A stretch of DNA of 32,000 bases from Candidatus Electronema halotolerans (GTDB lineage Bacteria; Desulfobacterota; Desulfobulbia; Desulfobulbales; Desulfobulbaceae), in NCBI GenBank assembly GCA_942493095.1, contig OW818675.1, positions 1,770,001 through 1,802,000 of the forward strand. The letters are read 5' to 3'. Below are positions 16,087 through 23,971 of this stretch, piece after piece. Position numbers and translations under genes: made by a program. How positions within the stretch are numbered: the stretch's first letter is position 1; the number at the start of each line of letters is the position of its first letter. The notes under the pieces were generated by a model. That model made no database searches and was not told the origin of the DNA. It was given only the letters and a program-made list of their open reading frames with translations.

Positions 16087-18156
16087 TTATTCGATCACGA
16101 TTTCGGCAAGATCGGTAGGTGTTTTTTCGAGTATCCCATTTTTCAAAAAATATTTCTCTTCCTTCCCGTCCTCTGGGTTAAAAGAAGTAAATTTTTTCAA
16201 TTCAACTTCTTTTAATATTTTTTCGTTTGCAATTTTTTTGCAACTACAGCTTTCAGATGATTTTTCATTATTACTATCATCTTCCATGAAGGAAAAATTA
16301 AACACAGCTTCTATGCAATACTTTTCGTTTCTAGATTCTTTCTCATGCTTAATTTCGTTTATTTTGAAAAAGAAATTTTCAATTTTTAAAAAATCATCTT
16401 CTTCGTTTATAAATTTTATTTCTTTATATTTTTTAATGCGTTTAGTTTCTTCTTGGTTTCTAGTTTCAATATTAACCCTCGATAGTATTCTGCTTAACTC
16501 AAAAGTTCCATACTTATGGAATCCAGACAGTAAAATTATATCACCTTTTATGTTTTCATCGACATATCTTCCACTGCATATTATAAGGAGAGCAGCATCT
16601 CTTATCACGTTTCCTTCTCCATTTTCTTCAGGATTTCCAACATGCTGCTCTTTTTTGTCATTAATGTAAAAAATACCTGTATTTTTTACATCACTATTAT
16701 CACTTTCTATATATTTCCAATATTTACTTCTCGATTTGTATTTATGCAATGTTCTAAACTCAAATCTTTCTTTATCAGGATAAAGTTTTCTCATAAGTTG
16801 TTCGGCCGCTGGATTTATGCAGCTTGATCCAATTATGATGTAATCATCATAATGATATTTTTTATCTACAGAAAAAATTCTTTCAAGTTTTTCTTCATCA
16901 AATTTCTGACATGTTAATTCTTCATCTCCATTTTTTATATAATCAATAAGTTCAAGCATATCTAATTTGTAATGAAAAGGAATTCTCTCCTCAATAAATA
17001 AAATTTGATAAATAATTCTATTAAAAGCTGTAAAATCTTGAATACTTGTCCTGCTTCTTGTCTTTTTTCCATCTTCTTCTGGAAGGAGACAATCTACAGC
17101 ACCAATTATAAATTTTGTTTTCAGAAGCTGAAAATTTTTCCAAAAATTAAATTTTTGTTTATTTGCATCATCAATTCTTGCAACTTCGATATTTTCTATT
17201 TCAAGTTTTACTTTTAAATTTAAATCTGCTATATCGTTATATTTTATAATTCTTGCTGCTATGACATCAAAAGGAAGCCCAGCGAAATCTTTATTAGTTA
17301 AATATAAACAAGTTAAATCTTTCTGCAATTCAACATAGTTATTAACACGAAGGCCATGTATAAATCCAAGCCAGTAAAAAACCTCTGTGTTATTTTTTTC
17401 TGAAATATCAATAATACAGTATCTTGCCCTGCTTATATTGTGTATAATATTGGTAAATTTTTCTGAAGACGCAACCATTGCATCTTCAATAATATCATGT
17501 ATATCTTTGCAACTTAATTCAATCAGGTCATCGCCTGGAAAATGTAAATCTTTTATCCCTTTTCTTACTCCAAACTTATAAATTTCAGAGTAAGTTATCT
17601 GCTTGCTTTCAGATTTTTTCTTTGGGAGAATGCATATTATTGAATAAGATTTAAATCTTTCTTTACCACTGACAGATGGAATGACAAATTTAGCAGATTC
17701 AAACGAAAATATACTCTTTAAATCTCTTATTTTCGAGTAAGACCTTATGTCGCTTCTGACCGAAAGAAATTTAAGCCTTTTTTCTACTTTCTCTTTTTTT
17801 GCTAAATTTGAATTATATATAATAATAGTTTTTTTACTAAGAGCATGGGCTATTCCAATCTCGTAATATACATTTGGATTTCTTTCTGTAAGATCAGCAA
17901 TAATTAATGATGACTTGCGTATTTCTTCACATATTTTACATATCACATATTCTCCTCCTAAAAAATGCGCTTCCGTTATATTTTTACATTTCTTTTTGAT
18001 AGAAGAAAAATATTCTTTTATTCCAAATTTATAATAATCAAAATAAGGATTTTTAAAAGGCATTGCAACAAAAACTTTATCTTCATCTTCCTTTATATCT
18101 TTACTGCATGACTTTCCTGTCATGAAACATACTATTTTTTCATTACCACTCATCAC
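16087..18156 (-). CDS. 689-aa cytoplasmic protein: tandem nucleoside 2-deoxyribosyltransferase/TIR-like modules plus an uncharacterised ~350-aa C-terminal region
   Basis: This is an uninterrupted ORF in a 20-30 % G+C region (by eye), with AAGGAG RBS and no TM segment. Module 1 is VFVAMPF...SSLIIADLTERNPNVYYEIGIAHALSKKTIIIY. Module 2 is a degenerate copy, ARYCIIDISEKNNTEVFYWLGFIHGL. The domain call is by motif memory only. Confidence 0.7.
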   Translation of the reverse strand: MMSGNEKIVCFMTGKSCSKDIKEDEDKVFVAMPFKNPYFDYYKFGIKEYFSSIKKKCKNITEAHFLGGEYVICKICEEIRKSSLIIADLTERNPNVYYEIGIAHALSKKTIIIYNSNLAKKEKVEKRLKFLSVRSDIRSYSKIRDLKSIFSFESAKFVIPSVSGKERFKSYSIICILPKKKSESKQITYSEIYKFGVRKGIKDLHFPGDDLIELSCKDIHDIIEDAMVASSEKFTNIIHNISRARYCIIDISEKNNTEVFYWLGFIHGLRVNNYVELQKDLTCLYLTNKDFAGLPFDVIAARIIKYNDIADLNLKVKLEIENIEVARIDDANKQKFNFWKNFQLLKTKFIIGAVDCLLPEEDGKKTRSRTSIQDFTAFNRIIYQILFIEERIPFHYKLDMLELIDYIKNGDEELTCQKFDEEKLERIFSVDKKYHYDDYIIIGSSCINPAAEQLMRKLYPDKERFEFRTLHKYKSRSKYWKYIESDNSDVKNTGIFYINDKKEQHVGNPEENGEGNVIRDAALLIICSGRYVDENIKGDIILLSGFHKYGTFELSRILSRVNIETRNQEETKRIKKYKEIKFINEEDDFLKIENFFFKINEIKHEKESRNEKYCIEAVFNFSFMEDDSNNEKSSESCSCKKIANEKILKEVELKKFTSFNPEDGKEEKYFLKNGILEKTPTDLAEIVIE

Positions 18157-18177
18157 AGTCTCCTTTTTGCTGTAATT

Positions 18178-18582
18178 TTATAAACAAATAAAACTAATGA
18201 CAATAGACAGTGTTATAGAAAATAATATAACCCCATGAAAAGCAATTATCGTTTTTGAAGTTGTCACAGACAACCAAGAGTCTATTCTCTCTCTATCGCA
18301 AGAGATTTTCATAGAGAAATCTATTTCTTCCTCGGACATCATGCGAACATGTTCATAAATTTTTCTAAATATTCTTTCTTCATACAAAAAATATCCATCA
18401 AGCCCCCAGAAAACTAACGCTGGAAAATAAGAAATAACTAAAAACGAATATTTGCCTCCTTTTGCAAAGGCAAATATTGCAGAAATGAGAACAATGCTCC
18501 ATCCCTTCAATAAAAAGGAATTGGTGGAAAGTCTGTTAATTACTCCTTGAATCATCTGTAAATGAGCTATTTTGTTTGACAT
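18178..18582 (-). CDS. 134-aa three-TM membrane protein, first gene of the AT-rich pair
   Basis: The ATG at 18582 is preceded by AGAGGA (MSNKIAHLQMIQGVINRLSTNSFLLKGW...). Hydrophobic helices are WSIVLISAIFAFA, FLVISYFPALVFWGLDGYFL and IIAFHGVILFSITLSIVISFICL. It lies 21 nt upstream of the 689-aa gene. Confidence 0.65.
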   Translation of the reverse strand: MSNKIAHLQMIQGVINRLSTNSFLLKGWSIVLISAIFAFAKGGKYSFLVISYFPALVFWGLDGYFLYEERIFRKIYEHVRMMSEEEIDFSMKISCDRERIDSWLSVTTSKTIIAFHGVILFSITLSIVISFICL

Positions 18583-18617
18583 GCAGCTATCCTCTTTTTG
18601 TGGTTGAATATTTAACG

Positions 18618-18646
18618 ATAATACCTCATTCATTGGCACTGCTCAA
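18618..18646 (-). promoter_or_regulatory. Sigma70-like promoter for the AT-rich two-gene module
   Basis: On the minus strand, TTGAGC (18646-18641) is followed by a 17-nt spacer and TATTAT (18623-18618). This is about 35 nt upstream of the 18582 ATG. Confidence 0.35.
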
Positions 18647-18676
18647 TACCTGCTTTGTATAAAATTTTGATTCATT

Positions 18677-18811
18677 TCAAAATTTAACATCATAGAGAAA
18701 AACCGGCCATCTTCGCAACTGCAATTTTTTACCCAGTTTAACACCTCTTTCCTGCAAAGCCTGATAAATTTGGTCAGGAATTTGTAAGTTTTTGCTGGAC
18801 GATATTTTCAC
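18677..18811 (-). CDS. Possible 44-aa ORF (RHH/antitoxin-like N-terminus) or gene remnant
   Basis: The GTG at 18811 overlaps the upstream TGA (GTGA). That is the same coupling style as the three preceding genes. Product is VKISSSKNLQIPDQIYQALQERGVKLGKKLQLRRWPVFLYDVKF. It has no ATG and no clear RBS, and it is short. Confidence 0.25.
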   Translation of the reverse strand: MKISSSKNLQIPDQIYQALQERGVKLGKKLQLRRWPVFLYDVKF

Positions 18812-19311
18812 TGCATCAGCTTCTTGGGTCTGAGAAATACCGCCAAGTCAGCAGCCCCTTCAGCAAGTTCCCGCCAGAGGCATTCTTTCTTAATGACAAG
18901 CTGCACATAGCCGCAAGTGGGAATATTGTTCACTGCGCTGCCGCTGAGTTGATTGCAGAAATCTGTCAAAGCCTGATTGTGCCCGACAAGCAGCGGCTCG
19001 TGTGTCGACTCATCAAGCACTCTGCACCAATCCCAGATTGCCTTGCTCTCAAAGGTGTAAAGCTGCTCCACAGTCTGCCACTGCACCGCCGCTCCCGGCA
19101 ACCTGCTGCTGAGAAGCTCTATGGTTGCCTGCGCCCTGACCGCCGGGCTGCAAAAGACCTGCGCAAAACAGCAGCAGCCTGCCTCAGCAATATGCTGGGC
19201 CATGAAACCGCAGGTCTTCCTGCCGCGCTCATTCAGCGGCCTGTCAATATCCGCCAGCGAGGCATCCTCCCAACTTGACTTGGCATGACGCAGCAGATGA
19301 ATTTTCTTCAT
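18808..19311 (-). CDS. Histidine phosphatase superfamily protein (SixA/PGAM branch)
   Basis: MKKIHLLRHAKSSWEDASLADIDRPLNERGRK carries the RHG-type motif, and ...LLVGHNQALTDF carries the second catalytic His. The ATG at 19311 overlaps the upstream stop (ATGA), so I prefer it to the track start at 19359. Confidence 0.75.
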   Translation of the reverse strand: MKKIHLLRHAKSSWEDASLADIDRPLNERGRKTCGFMAQHIAEAGCCCFAQVFCSPAVRAQATIELLSSRLPGAAVQWQTVEQLYTFESKAIWDWCRVLDESTHEPLLVGHNQALTDFCNQLSGSAVNNIPTCGYVQLVIKKECLWRELAEGAADLAVFLRPKKLMQ

Positions 19312-19652
19312 GAATGCACTTTTTCCTCCTCCAGTCCTTGGCTGGTGCGCACAAACCAAGGCCGGGCAACTGCGTCAATATGAGCACGGAGCGGCGGATA
19401 TTTGATGCTGGCATAACTTTGCACATCTACTGAAAAAGGCAGGCAGCTTTCCTGAAACAAAGTCCAAAGACGGTCACATACTGCCTCATCAGCACTACCA
19501 TAGAGCACCAAATCCAGATCAGAATTATGTCGCTGGCGGCCCTGCGCACGTGAACCGAACACCGCCACCTGTTCAATGCGATCTTTCGCTGTAAGCAGAA
19601 TCTCCCGAACCAGTGCCCGCTGTGCCTTATTCAGACCAAAAGCATCGCTCAT
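19308..19652 (-). CDS. Minimal nucleotidyltransferase (MNT) of a HEPN/MNT module
   Basis: VAVFGSRAQGRQRHNSDLDLVLYG is the Pol-beta-fold GS...DxD motif. It has an ATGA overlap with the HEPN gene. Confidence 0.8.
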   Translation of the reverse strand: MSDAFGLNKAQRALVREILLTAKDRIEQVAVFGSRAQGRQRHNSDLDLVLYGSADEAVCDRLWTLFQESCLPFSVDVQSYASIKYPPLRAHIDAVARPWFVRTSQGLEEEKVHS

Positions 19653-20074
19653 AGCTCGCCTACTTCAATGCGCCGCACCAGCAAAAACTCGTGCAATTCA
19701 GTAAAGGCTGCCAGATAACTGCTGCGAATATCAGCAATCACCCGTTCAAAGGTCTCAAAGCTGTAGGTGTGCGACATGCGATTGCGGGCATCCAAGGCGT
19801 TCTGCCATGCCTCGCCCTGCTGGATGATGCCTGCCTCGAATGCTTGACGGATTACCGTGCGCGGCGTGATCTGGTTAAACACCACATTCTCGCTTTCCAG
19901 ATAATCCTTCAAGGTTTTCCAAGCAAGCTCCATCGTGTATTCAAACCGCTGAATCACGCCTTCCTTTTCTAATTGCGTCAACGGCTTTTCTTGTTCAACT
20001 GCCTCGCGCAGCAACGTGAAAGCGCGGCTGTAATTGTCAAATCGATACTGCCAGCGAGGAGTCGGGTCGGTCAT
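19649..20074 (-). CDS. HI0074-family nucleotidyltransferase substrate-binding (HEPN) protein
   Basis: RWQYRFDNYSRAFTLLREAVE...IQRFEYTMELAWKTLKDYL...ARNRMSHTY contains the Rx4H HEPN motif. The start is uncertain: ATG at 20074, or TTG at 20101 as in the ORF track. Confidence 0.8.
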   Translation of the reverse strand: MTDPTPRWQYRFDNYSRAFTLLREAVEQEKPLTQLEKEGVIQRFEYTMELAWKTLKDYLESENVVFNQITPRTVIRQAFEAGIIQQGEAWQNALDARNRMSHTYSFETFERVIADIRSSYLAAFTELHEFLLVRRIEVGEL

Positions 20075-20108
20075 GGAATCTGCTAAATTTAAATGTTTCA
20101 AAAGGTAT

Positions 20109-20852
20109 TTAATATTCAGTTGTCTCAGGAGAGTGCGAAGATAAAGTTGGCAATTCTAAATTTTTTGGTTTCATTCCAGCCACATGTAAGGCAATCTGCG
20201 CCTTTACTACGCTACGAATCTTAACATCTTCAATAGAAGCTACAACTGTTTCCGCACGTTCCAACTGTCGGTCATTTCGTAACCTATCATATAATTCAGT
20301 TGCTCTTTGCCGTGTCTGTTCTGCTTGTTTAAAGAAAAGAAATGCAACTGCATCAATTACTGCGCCAGGCAGTATTTTTATATATTCAACAAAATTTTTA
20401 TGATCAATACCAAGAGAAAAAAACAGTATCAATGCAAAACCAATTGTTGCAGCAGTTACACTAAACCAAAACTGAAACTTTGCCTGCGAAAGTGCTTGGC
20501 TATGATAATTATTTACTAATTTTTCTGCAAAACCGTTATTCTCGTCTGCTAATTGATGTATATGGATACCTCCATGCACTCTCAAACTACTTTGAAATTT
20601 TTTTTCAAATTCTTTAATATCGAGACCGTCAGGTAGTTTTTTGGCAATTTCCTCCAGTGCTCGTAATTTGGCCTCTTCTGTTTGTAAAAATGCTGTTTTT
20701 GCAATTTTACTTATATTTTCTTTTTCTAAATTATCTTCCTTGGATTTCTTTTTCGCCAAAAAAGATAAAATGAATCCGGCAATTATGGATAAAATCCCTA
20801 ATAATAGACCTGAAGACAAACCTGATACTACTACTATTTCGTCTATTGACAT
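20109..20852 (-). CDS. 247-aa membrane protein: N-terminal TM, charged coiled-coil, C-terminal 2-TM hairpin plus helical tail
   Basis: It is AT-rich. TM1 is VVVSGLSSGLLLGILSIIAGFILSFL. A K/E-rich helix follows. The hairpin reads QAKFQFWFSVTAATIGFALILFFSLGI...ILPGAVIDAVAFLFFKQAEQTRQRATELYDRL. I recall a similar pattern in SLATT and TRADD-N-associated 2-TM modules (low certainty). Confidence 0.65.
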   Translation of the reverse strand: MSIDEIVVVSGLSSGLLLGILSIIAGFILSFLAKKKSKEDNLEKENISKIAKTAFLQTEEAKLRALEEIAKKLPDGLDIKEFEKKFQSSLRVHGGIHIHQLADENNGFAEKLVNNYHSQALSQAKFQFWFSVTAATIGFALILFFSLGIDHKNFVEYIKILPGAVIDAVAFLFFKQAEQTRQRATELYDRLRNDRQLERAETVVASIEDVKIRSVVKAQIALHVAGMKPKNLELPTLSSHSPETTEY

Positions 20853-20988
20853 TATTTATTTTTTCATGTACATCAGTGCATATCTGCTTCGCTTTTCAAA
20901 ATCTCAAGATCATCAAACGACAGACAATCCCACAGTATTTCATTGGTAATCTCCAATCCGTTAAGTATGAACAGATGAGTTGAAATAT

Positions 20989-21324
20989 TCATAATTCCGC
21001 AGATTGTCTCTCCCTCTTCATTCTGATAAACCGCATCTTCAGCTCATAGACTATCCGGCTGATCAGCTCCTGCTCCTCATTGTTGAGATTGCCCTTGGTT
21101 TTCTCCTCCAGCATGGCCAAGGTGTCAATCGAATGCCGGGCCAGCTCCATGTCCAGCACCTTCTGCCCGGTCTCAGGATGAGGAATGTCGCCAAGATGAA
21201 ACAGGGCGGTGGTGTTGAGCGAGAGGATGAAAGAAATAAAGGAAACCTCCGGCATGACGCACTCGCCCTTCCTGTTCCGCACCTGACCTTCAGGACATCC
21301 GCAATCGTTCTTCTGCTCGCTCAT
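20989..21324 (-). CDS. DUF1844 domain protein
   Basis: FISFILSLNTTALFHLGDIPHPETGQKVLDMELARHSIDTLAMLEEKTKGNLNNEEQELI matches the DUF1844 pattern as I recall it. The start is either ATG at 21324 or GTG at 21333. Confidence 0.7.
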   Translation of the reverse strand: MSEQKNDCGCPEGQVRNRKGECVMPEVSFISFILSLNTTALFHLGDIPHPETGQKVLDMELARHSIDTLAMLEEKTKGNLNNEEQELISRIVYELKMRFIRMKRERQSAEL

Positions 21325-21348
21325 TATGTTCACCGCCCTGTTTGTTGT

Positions 21349-22947
21349 TTAAGACTTGTACGCAGGCAGGCTCAGGGCCATTGCATTATCAACATGCTCC
21401 AGCTCCAGCACCTTAGTCAGCAGCTCTTTGTTCACCGGCTGATCCGTGTTGAGGAGAATGACATTCTGCTTGGAGCTTTCCTCGCGGCCCACCGTCATTC
21501 GCGAAATATTCACCCCTGCCGCGCCGATGGTTGTGCCCAGCGCGCCGATCACGCCGGGAATATCCTTGTTATAAACCAACAGCATCGGCCCGGCAAGCAG
21601 AGCTTCCAGACAGAAGGAGTTGAGGCGCACCAGACGCGGTTCCTTGGTGCCGAAGACCGTGCCTGCAAGCACATTCTCGCCTTCCGTGGTTTTGACCGTG
21701 ATCCGCACCAAGCTGGTGAAATCTGAGCTGCATGTGCTCTTGGACTCAATCACCTTGATGCCGCGTTCCTTGGCGATCAGCGGGGCATTGACAAAGTTGA
21801 CCGCATCCTGAAGAATCGGAGTGAACAGCCCTTTGAGAAAGGCCACAGTCACGGGGCTGACATGCTGCTCGGCAACATCGCCGCTGTATTCCAAGGCCAC
21901 TTCCTGCACCCCGCCCTTGGAAATCTGCATGTGCAGGGAGCCGAGCATCTCGCCCAAGGTGATGTAGGGGCCGATTTTGGCCAAAACCTCGTCGCTGACT
22001 GACGGCACATTGACCGCGTTGCGCACCGCGCCGGTGAGCAGGTAATCCGCCATCTGCTCGGCAATGGCCGCAGCCACGTTCTCCTGCGCCTCAGAGGTTG
22101 ATGCGCCCAGATGCGGGGTGCAGATGAAGTTGTGCAGGCCGATCAGCGGCGTGGTCTCCACGGTGGCAGGTTCCTTCTCAAACACATCCAAGGCTGCCCC
22201 GGCAATCCGGCCTTCCTTGAGGGCCGCATGGAGAGCCTCCTCATCCACAACCCCGCCACGGGCGCAGTCAATGAACATGGCCTCCTTTTTCATGGCCCCG
22301 AAAAACTCAGTCGAGAGCATGTGCCGGTTGTCCTTGGTCAGCGGCGTGTGCACGGAGATGAAGTCAGCCCGCTTGGCCAGCTCCAGCAGCTCAACCCGCT
22401 CCACGCCCAGCTGCTCGACCAATTCCTCCGGCATGAAGGGATCAAAGGCAATGACCTTCATCTTCAGGCCCTGCGCCCGGCTGGCGACAATTGAGCCGAT
22501 CCGGCCTATGCCGACAATGCCTAGGGTCTTGCCGGTCAGTTCCCGGCCCATGAAGCTCTTCTTCTCCCACTTGCCCGCCTTCATCGAGGCAGTGGCTTGG
22601 GGAATGTTGCGGGCCAAGGAGGTCATCATGGCAATGGCGTGCTCGGCAGCAGTGACCGCATTGCCGTCCGGCGCGTTCATGACCACAATGCCCTTGGCGC
22701 TGGCTGCCGGAATATCGACATTATCCAGGCCGATGCCCGCCCTGCCGATCACCTTGAGCTTGGTGCCCGCCTCAATGATGTCGGCCCGCGCCTTGGTCGC
22801 GCTGCGGATCACCAGACCGTCATAATCGGCGATAATTGCTTTCAATTCCTCCGGCGGCAGGCCGGTTTTCACATCCACTTCCAGCCCCGCCTCCCTGAGT
22901 ATCTTTTCTCCAACAGAAGCGAGATTGTCGCTGATCAGCACTTTCAT
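21349..22947 (-). CDS. serA: D-3-phosphoglycerate dehydrogenase (long form with ASB/ACT domains)
   Basis: MKVLISDNLASVGEKIL..., the NAD fold GKTLGIVGIGRIGSIVA, catalytic ...CARGGVVDE...TPHLGAST, and a C-terminal ACT-like segment are all present. The ATG at 22947 gives the canonical N-terminus; the track start at 23010 adds 21 atypical residues. Confidence 0.9.
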   Translation of the reverse strand: MKVLISDNLASVGEKILREAGLEVDVKTGLPPEELKAIIADYDGLVIRSATKARADIIEAGTKLKVIGRAGIGLDNVDIPAASAKGIVVMNAPDGNAVTAAEHAIAMMTSLARNIPQATASMKAGKWEKKSFMGRELTGKTLGIVGIGRIGSIVASRAQGLKMKVIAFDPFMPEELVEQLGVERVELLELAKRADFISVHTPLTKDNRHMLSTEFFGAMKKEAMFIDCARGGVVDEEALHAALKEGRIAGAALDVFEKEPATVETTPLIGLHNFICTPHLGASTSEAQENVAAAIAEQMADYLLTGAVRNAVNVPSVSDEVLAKIGPYITLGEMLGSLHMQISKGGVQEVALEYSGDVAEQHVSPVTVAFLKGLFTPILQDAVNFVNAPLIAKERGIKVIESKSTCSSDFTSLVRITVKTTEGENVLAGTVFGTKEPRLVRLNSFCLEALLAGPMLLVYNKDIPGVIGALGTTIGAAGVNISRMTVGREESSKQNVILLNTDQPVNKELLTKVLELEHVDNAMALSLPAYKS

Positions 22948-23131
22948 GATTTTCCTCTTTCCAGTTCGTTCTATTCGGGACAGTATGTAAAACTGTTGAT
23001 TTTTCCTCACAAAGCAAGCACTATAACGGGATTCGCCCCTGCCGACAACTGCAAAAATGTATGACAGGGCTTTTCAGCGCATGAAGCATGTCAGAGCTTA
23101 TTCCTACAGCGTGGGGGCTGCCGGAAGCCGC

Positions 23132-23971
23132 TCAGGCAGTCAGCCTGCTGAAGCCCAGACTGAGCAGATAGACAGCCGTGGCCAGCAGGATGATTACGGA
23201 GCCACTGGGCAGGTTGAGGTAAAAGCTTACCCCCAGCCCGACCGTGATGCAGACCGCGCAGACTGCAGTGGCCAGCAGCATCATCTGGCGGATGCTGGCG
23301 GCAAAGCTGCCTGCAATCGCCGCTGGCAGGGTCAGCAGGGCAATGACCATGATGATGCCGACAATCCGAATCAGGAGGACAATGGTCAGAGCGGTAAGGC
23401 AGAGCAGGAGCAGATGCAGCCACTGGGTGCGCACCCCGCGAAGCTGGGCATATTCCTCGTCAAAGCAGAGGGCGAGCAGCTTGTTGTAAAAGATGACGAC
23501 CACGGCCAGAATCACTGCGTCCAGCCCGGCGACAAAATAAATATCCTGCCTGCTGATCAGGAGGATGTTGCCGAACAGATAGGACATCGGGTCAAAATAG
23601 CCCGGTGTTTTGGCGATGAAGAGATAGCCGAGCGACATGCCGCCCGCCCAGAGCGCGCCGATGATCGAGTCTTCCCGCTGCCCGGCATGGCGGCTGACCT
23701 GGGCGAGAATCACCGCTGAAAGCAGGGCCACGATCACTGCTCCGTGCATGGGCGTGAACCAGGAAATTCCTGTCACAGTTTGCAGATACAGGCCTAAACC
23801 GATGCCTGCCAGAATGCAGTGGGAGATGGCCCCGGCCAAGTAGCTGATCCGCCGCACCACGACAAAGGTGCCGATAATGCCAAAGGAAATTGAGGAGAGC
23901 AGGCCGACCAGCAGGCCGTAGCGGAGAAAGGGCAGGTCAGGGTCGGTCAGGGCGGCAAGCAGCTCAGTCAT
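23132..23971 (-). CDS. znuB: Zinc/manganese ABC transporter permease
   Basis: It is a multi-TM ABC-3 family pattern (LLVGLLSSISFGIIGTFVVVRRISYLAGAISHCILAGIGLG...). It overlaps znuC by 8 nt. Confidence 0.85.
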   Translation of the reverse strand: MTELLAALTDPDLPFLRYGLLVGLLSSISFGIIGTFVVVRRISYLAGAISHCILAGIGLGLYLQTVTGISWFTPMHGAVIVALLSAVILAQVSRHAGQREDSIIGALWAGGMSLGYLFIAKTPGYFDPMSYLFGNILLISRQDIYFVAGLDAVILAVVVIFYNKLLALCFDEEYAQLRGVRTQWLHLLLLCLTALTIVLLIRIVGIIMVIALLTLPAAIAGSFAASIRQMMLLATAVCAVCITVGLGVSFYLNLPSGSVIILLATAVYLLSLGFSRLTA

